A stretch of DNA of 64,000 bases from an uncultured Alphaproteobacteria bacterium (GTDB lineage Bacteria > Pseudomonadota > Alphaproteobacteria > Rhizobiales > Kaistiaceae), in the NCBI GenBank assembly GCA_963781775.1, contig CAWAHE010000011.1, positions 130,312-194,311 of the forward strand, in the 5' to 3' direction. The notes under the pieces are model-generated. The model searched no databases. It worked only from the letters and a program-made list of their open reading frames with translations, and was not told where the DNA came from. The position numbers and the translations under genes were made by a program. The first letter of the stretch is position 1. Each line of letters begins with the position of its first letter. Shown one piece after another: positions 16,944 to 27,477 of this stretch.

Positions 16944-18377
16944 ATGGCCGACTGGCCCGTTTACGGCAAGATCGACGGCCCCATCGTCATGATCGGCTTC
17001 GGCTCGATCGGCAAGGGCACCCTTCCCCTGATCGAGCGTCATTTCGACCATGATCGCTCCCGCCTTGTCGTCATCGACCCGGACGACACCGACCGCGCGA
17101 TGGTCGAGAGCCATGGTCGCTTCATCCAGCAGGCGGTGACCCGCGAGAACTACCGCGAATTCCTGACGCCGCTCCTGACCGAAGGCGCCGGCACCGGCTT
17201 CTGCGTCAACCTGTCGGTCGATACCTCGTCGCTCGACATCATGAAGCTGTGCCGTGAGTTGGGCGTCCCCTACATCGACACCGTCGTCGAGCCGTGGCCC
17301 GGCTTCTATTTCGACAAGTCCGCCGGTCCGGCGTCCCGCACGAATTTTGCCCTTCGCAAGACCGTGCGCGATGAAAAGGCGCGCCAGCCCGGCGGAACCA
17401 CCGCGATCTCCTGCTGCGGCGCCAACCCCGGCATGGTGTCGTGGTTCGTCAAACAGGCGCTGGTCGATCTCGCCAAAGAGATGAAGCTCGCCGGCTTTCG
17501 CGAACCGGCCGCATCGGATCGCGACGGCTGGGCGCGGCTCGCCCGCGACGCTGGCGTCAAGGGCATCCACATCGCCGAGCGCGACACGCAGCGTGCCCGC
17601 AATCCGAAGAAGATGGACGTCTTCGTCAACACCTGGTCGGTGGAGGGTTTCGTTTCGGAGGGCATGCAGCCGGCGGAGCTCGGCTGGGGCACGCACGAGA
17701 CATGGATGCCGGAAAACGCCGGCGCGCTGGGCGACGACAAGGTCGCCATCTATCTGCTCCAGCCCGGCGCCAATACGCGCGTGCGCTCATGGTGCCCCAC
17801 GCCGGGCGCCCAGTACGGTTTCCTCGTTACCCACAACGAGTCGATCTCGATCGCTGATTTCTTCACCCTGCGCGAGGGCGGCAAGGTCGTCTATCGGCCT
17901 ACTTGCCACTACGCCTACCACCCCGCCAACGACGCCGTGCTGTCGCTGCACGAAATGTTCGGCAAGGCCGGCGCGGTGCAGGAGGAAAGTCACATCCTCA
18001 CCGAGAACGAGATCGTCGACGGCGTCGACGAGTTGGGCGTCCTGCTCTACGGCCACGGCAAGAACGCCTATTGGTACGGCTCGCAGCTCTCGATCGACGA
18101 GACGCGAGACCTCGCGCCGTACCAGAACGCCACCGGCCTGCAGGTCACGTCAGCGGTGCTCGCCGGCATGGTATGGGCGCTGGAGAACCCCAATGCGGGA
18201 ATCGTCGAGGCCGACGAGATGGACTATCGCCGCTGCCTCGACGTGCAGCGCCCCTATCTCGGGCCGGTCAAGGGCTACTATACCGATTGGACACCAGTGA
18301 CCGACCGTCCGGGATTCTTCCCCGAGGATCTCGACCTCAAGGACCCGTGGCAGTTTCGGAACGTGCTGGTCCGCTAG
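16944..18377 (+). CDS. hss: Homospermidine synthase
   Basis: The ORF is 477 aa. It carries IVMIGFGSIGKG (Rossmann) and CCGANPGMVSWFVKQAL. Length and blocks match bacterial HSS as I remember it. Confidence 0.85.
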   Translation: MADWPVYGKIDGPIVMIGFGSIGKGTLPLIERHFDHDRSRLVVIDPDDTDRAMVESHGRFIQQAVTRENYREFLTPLLTEGAGTGFCVNLSVDTSSLDIMKLCRELGVPYIDTVVEPWPGFYFDKSAGPASRTNFALRKTVRDEKARQPGGTTAISCCGANPGMVSWFVKQALVDLAKEMKLAGFREPAASDRDGWARLARDAGVKGIHIAERDTQRARNPKKMDVFVNTWSVEGFVSEGMQPAELGWGTHETWMPENAGALGDDKVAIYLLQPGANTRVRSWCPTPGAQYGFLVTHNESISIADFFTLREGGKVVYRPTCHYAYHPANDAVLSLHEMFGKAGAVQEESHILTENEIVDGVDELGVLLYGHGKNAYWYGSQLSIDETRDLAPYQNATGLQVTSAVLAGMVWALENPNAGIVEADEMDYRRCLDVQRPYLGPVKGYYTDWTPVTDRPGFFPEDLDLKDPWQFRNVLVR

Positions 18378-18379
18378 CG

Positions 18380-19657
18380 TCAGGTTCCCGGGCCGTCGTT
18401 TTCTTCGCGGCCGGTGATCAGCCGCGCCCCGGTCTGGTAGGTCAGATATCGCCACAGCCATTGCGTCGCCACCAGCACGCGTTTGTCGAACCCGGTCAGC
18501 AGGTAGATGTGGACGATCGCCCACATCAGCCAGCCGATGCGGCCCTTGAGACGCCAGGTTCCGAAATCGAACACCGCCGCGTCGCGGCCGATGACGGCCG
18601 TGTTGCCGCGATTGTGAAACCGGAATGGCGGCATCGGCGTGCCATCGAGGATGTTGCGGCGCAGCGCCTTGCCGAGATACTGGCCCTGCTGGTTGGCGAC
18701 CTGGGCGAGCGCCGGCAACGGCTTGCCGTCGGCGCCCAGCGCCTTTGCCGTATCGCCGATCACATAGATGCCGTTCAGGCCCGGAACGGCAAGGTCCGGT
18801 CCAACGGAGATGCGGCCGCCCTTATCCGCCTCGACGCCAAGCCACGTCGCCGCCGGCGAGGCGCGCACGCCGGCGCCCCAGACGATGCAGCCGGCGCGAA
18901 CCACCTTGCCGCCCATCGTCACCTGCCCGGCCTCGATCTTCTCGACTGGCGTGTTGGTCAGCACCGTCACGCCCAGTTGGTCGAGCGCCTTCATCGCGTA
19001 CGTCGACAGTGTTTCGGGGAAAGCGCTGAGCAAGCGCGGACCGGCCTCGACGAGGATGATGCGCGCTTTGGTCGGGTCGATATGACGAAAGTCACGACGT
19101 AACGAATACCGGGCCAATTCGGCAATTGAGCCGGCCATCTCCACGCCGGTCGGCCCGCCGCCGACCACGATCGTGGTGAGCAAAGCCTCCTGCTCTTGCG
19201 GGTCCGTGCAGGCCTCGGCATGCTCGAAGGCACGCAGCAGACGCGCCCGGATCAGACGCGCGTCCTCGATCGTGCGCGGTCCGGGCGCCGCCGCCGCCCA
19301 GTCGTCGTGGCCGAAATAACTGTAGGAGGACCCGCTGGAGATCACCAGCTTGTCGAAGCCGATCGCGCTGCTGTTGGCGAGACGCACTTGACGCGCGGCG
19401 GTATCGACGCCGGTCACCTCGTCAAGCAGCACCTGAATGTTGTCCCAGCGGGCGAGCATTCGGCGGATGGGCTGGGCGATATCCGCAGGCGACAGGGCCG
19501 CGGTCGCGACCTGATAGAGCAACGGCACGAACAGATGATAGTTGTTGCGATCGACGACGGTGACATCGATATCGGCGCCGCCGAGCCCGCGTGCGCAGGG
19601 CAGCCCGCCGAAACCGGCGCCGACGATCACAACACGAGGTCGCTTGGCAGGAGCCAT
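18380..19657 (-). CDS. ndh: Type II NADH dehydrogenase (NAD(P)/FAD-dependent oxidoreductase)
   Basis: The ORF is 425 aa with two dinucleotide motifs, VVIVGAGFGGL and IVVGGGPTGVEMAG. Confidence 0.85.
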   Translation of the reverse strand: MAPAKRPRVVIVGAGFGGLPCARGLGGADIDVTVVDRNNYHLFVPLLYQVATAALSPADIAQPIRRMLARWDNIQVLLDEVTGVDTAARQVRLANSSAIGFDKLVISSGSSYSYFGHDDWAAAAPGPRTIEDARLIRARLLRAFEHAEACTDPQEQEALLTTIVVGGGPTGVEMAGSIAELARYSLRRDFRHIDPTKARIILVEAGPRLLSAFPETLSTYAMKALDQLGVTVLTNTPVEKIEAGQVTMGGKVVRAGCIVWGAGVRASPAATWLGVEADKGGRISVGPDLAVPGLNGIYVIGDTAKALGADGKPLPALAQVANQQGQYLGKALRRNILDGTPMPPFRFHNRGNTAVIGRDAAVFDFGTWRLKGRIGWLMWAIVHIYLLTGFDKRVLVATQWLWRYLTYQTGARLITGREENDGPGT

Positions 19658-19731
19658 TCACGTGGCCTCCGTTTTTCGCGGTCACCCAACAGCAGCAACG
19701 AGACAGTCGCCGGAAAGTTCACCCAAACAGT

Positions 19732-20712
19732 TCAGGACCCGGTGAGGTCGATCACGCCGGCGGCGCCTTCCTCGGTGCCGAAGGCGAGCAGATTGCCGCG
19801 CTCGTTCCAGGCCAGCGCCGACACCGGTCCGCCACCCGGGCGCCTCAACAGCGCCTCCTCGGCGTCGCCGAAACGCACCGCCAGCACCATGCCGTCGCGA
19901 TAGCCGACCGCCAGCATCTCCTCCTTCGGATGGCAGGCGACGCGCGTGACCGGCGCTTCGCGCGCACCGAGCTGGAGCGGCTGCCGGCCCATCGGACCGT
20001 CCTTGTAGTGGAAGGGCCACAGGATCGCGGCGTTCGCCCCCGACGAAGCGAGGAAGCGGCCCTTCGCCGACCATGACAGCGAGCGCGGCTTCGCCGGATA
20101 GCCGGTCATGCGCATGTCCTTGCCGTCATCGAGACGCCAGCCGTGGAGCGCGTTCTCCTGCATGGCAGTGACCACGTTGCGACCGTCGGGCGAGAAGGTG
20201 ACGCCGATGTGCGCGCCCTTCCAGTCCAGCATAACCGGCTCGGCATCCGTGCCGACCCACCACAGCGTGACTCCATCGTAGCGGGCGACGGCAAGGCGCA
20301 GTCCCTTGGGCGCGAACGCGAGGCCGCCGACCGCGCGCTGATGGTCGAACGTCCGCTCCCGTCCGTCGGCGAGCTTGACGAAGGCCTGACGCCCCGCGGC
20401 GTAGGCGACGGCGCCGCCGGGACCGGCGGCAACCTGATCGATCCACTTGCGCGGCTGCTCGGCGATACGGGCAACCGCTCCACGCGCATCGACCGCGGTG
20501 AGAAGTCCATCATCGCCGCCGGTGATCAGGGTCTTGCCATCGAGCGAGCGCACGGCCGACAGGATCGCACCGCCGTGCACCTTGGTCTCTTCGGCGGCCG
20601 GCCCGTCGACCCGGCGCACCGTGCCGTCGCCGAGGGCGAACGCCGCCGTCTCGCCAAGAAAGGCGGCCTCGACCACGAACGCGCCGAACGGGAAATCCTG
20701 AATGGTGGGCAT
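19732..20712 (-). CDS. WD40 repeat protein
   Basis: The ORF is 326 aa with repeated beta-propeller units: LITGGDDG, SPDGRNVVTAM, SAKGRFLASSG, CHPKEEMLAVG, WNERGNLLAFG. Confidence 0.75.
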   Translation of the reverse strand: MPTIQDFPFGAFVVEAAFLGETAAFALGDGTVRRVDGPAAEETKVHGGAILSAVRSLDGKTLITGGDDGLLTAVDARGAVARIAEQPRKWIDQVAAGPGGAVAYAAGRQAFVKLADGRERTFDHQRAVGGLAFAPKGLRLAVARYDGVTLWWVGTDAEPVMLDWKGAHIGVTFSPDGRNVVTAMQENALHGWRLDDGKDMRMTGYPAKPRSLSWSAKGRFLASSGANAAILWPFHYKDGPMGRQPLQLGAREAPVTRVACHPKEEMLAVGYRDGMVLAVRFGDAEEALLRRPGGGPVSALAWNERGNLLAFGTEEGAAGVIDLTGS

Positions 20713-20895
20713 GCTTCACGTTTCAGTGACTGGAGGGAGCTGTCGTCGGTTGGCCGGCGCAAACCGGCGGTCCGCACATTCTTCGGCCAGACCGAAAAGG
20801 GCAACCACAAATCGATGGGTAATCGTTCGGGCCCCCTGTCTCCATTTCAGCGCGGTCAACGCCGGACCCTCCGGCACAACAGAAAGACGAACATC

Positions 20896-21198
20896 ATGTT
20901 TAGCATTCGCAAGATTGCCCCGCGCTCTGCACTTCTGGCAGGCGCCGCTTTGACGGCCCTCACGATCGTGGCGGCTCCGCTGTCCGCGTCGGCCGACGAG
21001 AGCCACTATGACGGCCAGCTGTGGAATGCCGAGATGGCCCGGGTTCAGCAGGGCGTGCAGCCCACAGCAGTCCTGGACGCCCGCACCCAGACGCAGTCGG
21101 TCCAGACCAGCCGGCCTGGCTTCAACTACGTCGCGCCGCCGACCGAGCCGGCCGGCACGCCCGTTCCGTCGTTTGTCGGCCCCACGCCGAACAACTAG
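20896..21198 (+). CDS. Small secreted hypothetical protein (100 aa)
   Basis: This is the in-frame tail of ORF 20143..21198, starting at the ATG at 20896. It has a signal peptide (MFSIRKIAPRSALLAGAALTALTIVAAPLSASA) and no domain I recognise. Confidence 0.5.
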   Translation: MFSIRKIAPRSALLAGAALTALTIVAAPLSASADESHYDGQLWNAEMARVQQGVQPTAVLDARTQTQSVQTSRPGFNYVAPPTEPAGTPVPSFVGPTPNN

Positions 21199-21234
21199 GA
21201 CGGTCGCAGTCCGTTGAATTGACCTCGGACTGAC

Positions 21235-21276
21235 ACGAGAGGAGCCGGAGGGCTGATGCCTTTCGGCCCCTCTCGT
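21235..21276. terminator. Long hairpin between convergent genes (possible bidirectional terminator)
   Basis: The outer stem is ACGAGAGG / CCTCTCGT and the inner stem is GCCGGAGGGC / GCCTTTCGGC with G-U pairs. Neither side has a U-tract. Confidence 0.35.
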
Positions 21277-21349
21277 CTAACGCAAGGAAATAAAGGCGTC
21301 CTGCCCGATCAGAGCGAATGCGGCCAAGTCGATTGAGCCCGCAATGGCC

Positions 21350-22309
21350 TCAACACACCGTCACGACACTCGCGTTGTTGGCATCATCCGCCAGCGGCGT
21401 TGGGACACCGTCGGCGCCGAGATTGCCGCGCATGAAATCGATGAAGGCGCGCAGCACCGGAGGCCGTTGCCGAGTGCTGGAATGGTACAGGTAGAAACCC
21501 GGAAGGATGGGGGCCCAATCATCGAGGATTGTGACCAGCCGCCCATCGACCAGAAACTTCGCGACAGCCTGACGCGGCAATTGCACGACGCCGACGCCGT
21601 CAAGGGCGGCGCGCACAGCCAGCACGATGTCATTGACGATCAGCGGACCCAATGTGGCGACCTCGATCCGCTCACCGTCGCGTTCGTAGAGCGCCCGAGG
21701 GACCGAGCCATCCCACGGCATGCGAAAGCGGATCGACGACAGGCCGGCGACATCGCTCGGATGCGACGCGCCACCCGACTGTTCGAGATAAGTCGGCGAC
21801 GCCACCGTGACGAGACGGAATTCGTCCGTAAGGCGGATCGCGACCATATCCATCTCGACCAGTGTGCCGCCATGGATTCCCGCGTCGAAACGACCGCTGA
21901 CGATATCGGTGTTGGTGTCGTCGACCACGACTTCCAGGCTGATATCCGGATATTGTCTGATGAAGCGCCCGACCAGCGGAGCGACCAGCATCATGGCTGG
22001 AAAACGCCCAATCTTGAGACGGAGCGTACCGATCGGCGATTCGCGGAACGTGCTCACCACCTGAATCGCGTCATCGACGCTGGCGAGCGCCGGTTGCAGA
22101 CGCGTCAGCAACTCCTCGCCGGCCTCGGTTACCGAAACGCTCCGCGTCGTCCGATTGAGCAGCCGGACGCCGATCTTGTCTTCCAGCGTGCGGATCGTCT
22201 GGCTGACGGTTGCGGCCGAAACGCCGAGATCGGCTGCCGCCTTACTGAAACTGAGCAATCTGGCCACTGCTTCGAAAGTGGTCAGTTCAACGAATTCTTG
22301 ACCGCGCAT
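21350..22309 (-). CDS. LysR family transcriptional regulator
   Basis: The ORF is 319 aa, with the HTH FEAVARLLSFSKAAADLGVSAATVSQTIRTLE followed by a substrate-binding domain. Confidence 0.9.
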   Translation of the reverse strand: MRGQEFVELTTFEAVARLLSFSKAAADLGVSAATVSQTIRTLEDKIGVRLLNRTTRSVSVTEAGEELLTRLQPALASVDDAIQVVSTFRESPIGTLRLKIGRFPAMMLVAPLVGRFIRQYPDISLEVVVDDTNTDIVSGRFDAGIHGGTLVEMDMVAIRLTDEFRLVTVASPTYLEQSGGASHPSDVAGLSSIRFRMPWDGSVPRALYERDGERIEVATLGPLIVNDIVLAVRAALDGVGVVQLPRQAVAKFLVDGRLVTILDDWAPILPGFYLYHSSTRQRPPVLRAFIDFMRGNLGADGVPTPLADDANNASVVTVC

Positions 22310-22411
22310 TGTTCACCCCGAACTCAACCGTTCGATCAAAGTAGGCGGCGAAGGGCGCGGTTCAAGGATACAAAATTGCCACGCTACCCGACTTACCCGG
22401 TTAACTAAGGG

Positions 22412-23461
22412 TTACGTGGCCATGCAGGCTTCGAAGCCGGCGCGCAGCGCCGCTTCGTCGAGCTTGCGGCCGATGAACACCAGCCGGCTCTCGCGCGCCT
22501 CGCCATCCTTCCAGGCGCGCTGGTGGTTGCCCTCGACGATCATGTGGACGCCCTGCACGACGTAGCGCTCCGGGTCGTCCTTGAACGACAGGATGCCCTT
22601 GAGACGAAGGATATCGGGCCCCTGCTCCTGGGTGGTGCGCTCGATCCACGGAAACAGCCGGCGCGGATCGAGTGTGCCGCCGCGCAGCGACACGCTGTTC
22701 ACGCCAGACGCTTCGATGTCGTGGTGATGGTGGTGATGCTCGTGATCGTGGTCATGGTCGTGGTCATGGTCATGATCATCGTGGTCATGGTCGTGATCGT
22801 GACCGTCGAGGAATTCCGGATCGAGCGACAGGATACGGTCGAGATCGAAAGCGCCGCGGTCGAGGACACGGTCGAGCGGGATGGCGCAGCGCTCGGTGCA
22901 GTGAATGATCGCATGCGGGTTCATCGCGCGGATCGCCCGCTCGACGGCGGCGAGTTCCTCCGGCGTCACCAGATCGGTTTTGTTGAGCAGGATCACGTCG
23001 GCAAAGCCGATCTGCTCCTGCGCTTCCTGACTGGTGGCGAGGCTTTCGGTCAGGTGCTTGGCGTCGGCGACAGTCACCACGGCATCGAGTTTGGCTCTGG
23101 CCTTGACGTCGTCGTCCATGAAGAACGTCTGCGCCACCGGCGCCGGATCGGCGAGGCCGGTGGTCTCGACGAGAATGCCGTCGAAGCCGCCCGGGCGCTT
23201 CACCAGACCCTCGACCACGCGGATGAGGTCGCCGCGCACGGTGCAACACACGCAGCCATTGTTCATCTCGAAGACTTCCTCGTCGCTCTCGACGATGAGG
23301 TCGTTATCGATGCCGATCTCGCCGAATTCATTGACGATGACGGCGTACTTCTTGCCGTGGTTCTCCGACAGGATTCGGTTGAGGAGCGTGGTCTTTCCGG
23401 CGCCGAGATAGCCGGTCAGCACGGTCACGGGAATCTGGGTTTCAGGCATGGGTTTCTCCAC
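22412..23461 (-). CDS. COG0523 (CobW/ZigA/YeiR-like) metallochaperone GTPase with a His/Asp-rich tract
   Basis: The ORF is 349 aa. It has the P-loop [12 protein letters not shown], the CXCC motif GCVCCT, and the tract [29 protein letters not shown]. An alternative start lies at 23449. Confidence 0.85.
   Translation of the reverse strand: MEKPMPETQIPVTVLTGYLGAGKTTLLNRILSENHGKKYAVIVNEFGEIGIDNDLIVESDEEVFEMNNGCVCCTVRGDLIRVVEGLVKRPGGFDGILVETTGLADPAPVAQTFFMDDDVKARAKLDAVVTVADAKHLTESLATSQEAQEQIGFADVILLNKTDLVTPEELAAVERAIRAMNPHAIIHCTERCAIPLDRVLDRGAFDLDRILSLDPEFLDGHDHDHDHDDHDHDHDHDHDHEHHHHHHDIEASGVNSVSLRGGTLDPRRLFPWIERTTQEQGPDILRLKGILSFKDDPERYVVQGVHMIVEGNHQRAWKDGEARESRLVFIGRKLDEAALRAGFEACMAT
22719..22803 (-). 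repeat. Imperfect hexanucleotide repeat (GTGGTC/ATGGTC/GTGATG) encoding the His/Asp tract
   Basis: The low-complexity run ..gtggtgatggtggtgatgctcgtgatcgtggtcatggtcgtggtcatggtcatgatcatcgtggtcatggtcgtgatcgtgacc.. is directly visible. Confidence 0.8.
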
Positions 23462-23732
23462 GGCGGGTCAAGGCCGCCGGAAAGGGATGTCGGGGTCGCC
23501 GGCTGATATAGGGGATCGCCGACGGGAATGCACGTGCCGGCAGGAGTTCGTTAGCCCTCTCCGTTTTCCCTACGGGCCGGTAAAGCGAAACCACGATTTT
23601 CGGGCCAGCGAATTAATCAGCCAGGACCGCAACGCGAACGAAGGACGTCCAAAATGGCGCTGCGGCGTCTCGACGGATGCGCGGCCGGCGCGCCTCCCCG
23701 CCTTGCGCGTGAACACGCTCGCGCACGACCAC

Positions 23733-24263
23733 TCAGGCGGGCGGCGGTTCCTTAAGCAGGTCTTCCAGATCGAGCCACTCGGTCTTCATCGCCAGTGAAC
23801 CATCCGCGTTCATCGGCCACTGGTCGCGCGGCCGGTCCCAATAGAGTTCGACACCGTTCTCGTCGGGGTCGCGCAGGTAAAGCGCCTGAGAAACCCCGTG
23901 ATCGCTGGCGCCATCGAGCGGCACCCCGGCGCGGATCAAGCGGCGGAGCGCATCGGCGAGTGCCGCGCGGGTCGGATAGAGGATGGCCGTGTGATAGAGG
24001 CCGGTCGTGCCGCGCGCCGGCGGCGAACCGCCTTTGCTCTCCCACGTGTTGACCCCGAAATGATGATGATAGCCGCCGGCCGAGAAGAACGCGGCCTGCG
24101 TGCCGTAGCGGGCGGTCAGCTGGAAGCCGAGCACGCCGCAATAGAATGCCAGCGAACGCTCGATATCGGCGACCTTGAGATGGACATGGCCGATGCGGAC
24201 GCCCGGGTCGATCGGCTTCACGCCGGCGACGGCCGGCTTCTCGGCAAGATTGGTGTCGGACAT
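23733..24263 (-). CDS. VOC (glyoxalase/bleomycin resistance/extradiol dioxygenase) family protein
   Basis: The ORF is 176 aa and carries IGHVHLKVADIERSLAFYCGVLGF and LYLRDPDENGVELY. Confidence 0.8.
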   Translation of the reverse strand: MSDTNLAEKPAVAGVKPIDPGVRIGHVHLKVADIERSLAFYCGVLGFQLTARYGTQAAFFSAGGYHHHFGVNTWESKGGSPPARGTTGLYHTAILYPTRAALADALRRLIRAGVPLDGASDHGVSQALYLRDPDENGVELYWDRPRDQWPMNADGSLAMKTEWLDLEDLLKEPPPA

Positions 24264-24411
24264 GGCGTCCCTCCGAAATCCTGAACCGTGAATATAGGGA
24301 CGTCTCGCGTCGGCGCCATCGAGACAATCCCGAATTCTTCAGGCGGCTTGCGTTCCGCAACCCTTCCCTCCCCCGTTCTGAGCACGATATCGGGGGAACG
24401 AACGACAGCCC

Positions 24412-24453
24412 TTGACATCGATGGCTACGATCAATAGCTTATTAGCTATGATC
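24412..24453 (+). promoter_or_regulatory. Promoter plus imperfect palindrome; candidate TetR operator of the hydrolase-tetR operon
   Basis: TTGACA lies at 24412-24417 and a -10-like TAGCTT at 24435-24440. The inverted repeat GATCAATAGCT-TATT-AGCTATGATC (24429-24453) overlaps the -10. An AGGAGG ribosome-binding site follows. Confidence 0.45.
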
Positions 24454-24471
24454 CATATCAAGGAGGGTCTC

Positions 24472-25359
24472 ATGCCCCGCACCGCTTTCGCCATCCCCAC
24501 CGCAGCCGCGCCCATCATGCAATCCGTTGCGGCGCCGCGTGCTTCCGCCCGGTTTCTCGACCGGCCGAACGGCCGCATCGCCTACGACGACAGCGGCTCC
24601 GGCCCGCTGGTGATCATGGCGCCGGGTTTTGGGGACACGAAGGAGGAGTACCGCTTCCTCGCGCCGAAGCTCGTCGCCGCCGGCTATCGCGCGGTCGCCA
24701 TGGACCTGCGCGGTCACGGCAAATCATCGACGGGTTGGGACGATCACACCTGCGCGGCAATGGGCCGCGACATGCTGGCCCTGATCGAACACCTGGATGC
24801 CGGGCCGGCGATTGTCATCGGCACGTCGATTTCGGCGGGCTCCGCCGCATGGGCGGCAGCCGAATCGCCCGCGGCGATCGCGGGGCTTGTCCTGATCGGA
24901 CCGTTCGCCCGCAACGTGCCGATCGCCTGGTGGAAGGCGGCGCTGTTCAAGACGATCATGCACACGATGTTCACCGGCCCGTGGGCGCCAGCCGCCTGGG
25001 GCGCGTATTACGCCTCGCTCTATCCGTCGGCCAAGCCCGCCGATTTCGACCCTTACAAATCGTCGCTGGTCGCCAACCTGAAGGAGCCCGGCCGCATGGC
25101 CGCACTTCAGGCGATGATGCGCGTCGATCGCTCCGACGTGGAGCCGCGACTCGGCGATGTCCGCGCCCCGACGCTCGTGGTCATGGGAAGCAAAGACCCG
25201 GACTTCGACAGCCCGGCGGCGGAAGCCGAAACTCTGGCCGGACTGCTCCACGGCAGCGTCGCCATGATTGACGGCGCCGGACACTATCCGCACGCCGAGA
25301 TGCCCGACAAGACGGCGCCGGTCATCGTCGACTTCCTCGCCGCCACGGCGAAACGCTGA
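24472..25359 (+). CDS. Alpha/beta fold hydrolase
   Basis: ORF 24412..25359 with the ATG at 24472 after AGGAGG. It carries RIAYDDSGSGPLVIMAPGFG, DLRGHGKS and an elbow-like VIGTSISAGSA. Confidence 0.8.
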   Translation: MPRTAFAIPTAAAPIMQSVAAPRASARFLDRPNGRIAYDDSGSGPLVIMAPGFGDTKEEYRFLAPKLVAAGYRAVAMDLRGHGKSSTGWDDHTCAAMGRDMLALIEHLDAGPAIVIGTSISAGSAAWAAAESPAAIAGLVLIGPFARNVPIAWWKAALFKTIMHTMFTGPWAPAAWGAYYASLYPSAKPADFDPYKSSLVANLKEPGRMAALQAMMRVDRSDVEPRLGDVRAPTLVVMGSKDPDFDSPAAEAETLAGLLHGSVAMIDGAGHYPHAEMPDKTAPVIVDFLAATAKR

Positions 25360-25937
25360 TGCCGCGCGCCGGACTGACGACGGACGCGGTTCTCGACGCG
25401 GCCTCCGACCTTGCCGACAAGGAAGGGCTGGCCAATGTCACACTGGCGGCCCTCGCCACCCGCTTGGGCGTGCGTCCGCCCTCGCTCTACAAGCATGTCG
25501 ATGGCCTCGACGCGATCCACCGTGGATTGGCGGTCCGGGGCCTGCGCGAAGCGGTCGCGCGCTGCCAACGCGCCACGGTCGGCAAGGCCCGCGACGAGGC
25601 GCTGTTCGCCTTCGCCCACGCCTATTGGCAATTCGCCCGCGACAGACCCGGCCTCTACGCCGCCTCGGTGCGCGCCGCCAAACCCGGCGAGAACGACATC
25701 GCCGCCGCCGGGGAAGCGCTGATCGGCATCGTGCTGTCGGTGCTCGCCGGCTATGGCGTCACCGGCGACGACGCGCTCCACGCGACGCGGGGCTTGCGCG
25801 CCATCGTCCACGGCTTCGTCTCGCTCGACGCCATGGGCGGCTTCCGGCTGAAGCTCGACCTCGATGAAAGCCTTGACCGCTTGCTGACGGCCTTCACCAG
25901 AGACCTCGCCACGCGCGGTGCGGCGGTCGCCGCCTAG
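25359..25937 (+). CDS. TetR/AcrR family transcriptional regulator
   Basis: The ORF is 192 aa with the HTH LANVTLAALATRLGVRPPSLYKHV. Its start overlaps the upstream stop as TGATG. Confidence 0.85.
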   Translation: MPRAGLTTDAVLDAASDLADKEGLANVTLAALATRLGVRPPSLYKHVDGLDAIHRGLAVRGLREAVARCQRATVGKARDEALFAFAHAYWQFARDRPGLYAASVRAAKPGENDIAAAGEALIGIVLSVLAGYGVTGDDALHATRGLRAIVHGFVSLDAMGGFRLKLDLDESLDRLLTAFTRDLATRGAAVAA

Positions 25938-25950
25938 CCAGGACGTACTC

Positions 25951-26451
25951 ATGTTGATCCGCGACGAGACATCATCGGATGAAGCGGCGATCCGCCGGCT
26001 CATCGCAGACGCCTTCCGCGACAAGTCGTTCAGCCATCAGACGGAGCATTTCATCGTCGACGCGCTTCGCCGGATGGACGCGTTGTCCCTGTCGCTGGTC
26101 GCGGAAGAAGCCGGAGGTGTGGTCGGCCACGTCGCCTTCTCGCCGATCGCGATCAATGGGCAGCCCACCGATTGGTTTGCGCTCGGGCCGGTGGCCGTGG
26201 CGCCTGACCGCCAGCGAGCCGGCATCGGTTCGGCGCTGATCCGGGAAGGGCTGGCGCGGCTTCACCCGCTCGCTGCCGGTGGATGCGTGGTCCTCGGCAA
26301 TCCGGCGTACTACGAGCGGTTCGGGTTCCGCAGCAGTCCGCGCCTGACCTATGACGGCGCGCCGGCGCGAGACTTCATGGTCATGGCCTTCGGCGACTCG
26401 ATTCCGACGGGGAAGATCGCCTTTCATCCGGCGTTCGATGTAACTGGCTGA
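25951..26451 (+). CDS. GNAT family N-acetyltransferase
   Basis: ORF 25918..26451 with the ATG at 25951 (MLIRDETS). It carries LGPVAVAPDRQRAGIGSALIREGL and YYERFGF. Confidence 0.8.
   Translation: MLIRDETSSDEAAIRRLIADAFRDKSFSHQTEHFIVDALRRMDALSLSLVAEEAGGVVGHVAFSPIAINGQPTDWFALGPVAVAPDRQRAGIGSALIREGLARLHPLAAGGCVVLGNPAYYERFGFRSSPRLTYDGAPARDFMVMAFGDSIPTGKIAFHPAFDVTG

Positions 26452-27473
<1,022 letters not shown>

Positions 27474-27477
<4 letters not shown>

Noticed and set aside
23462-23732. Zur/Fur-type box upstream of the COG0523 GTPase
   Set aside because: I found no AT-rich palindrome resembling known Zur or Fur boxes in the 270-bp upstream region. Zinc regulation cannot be claimed from the sequence.
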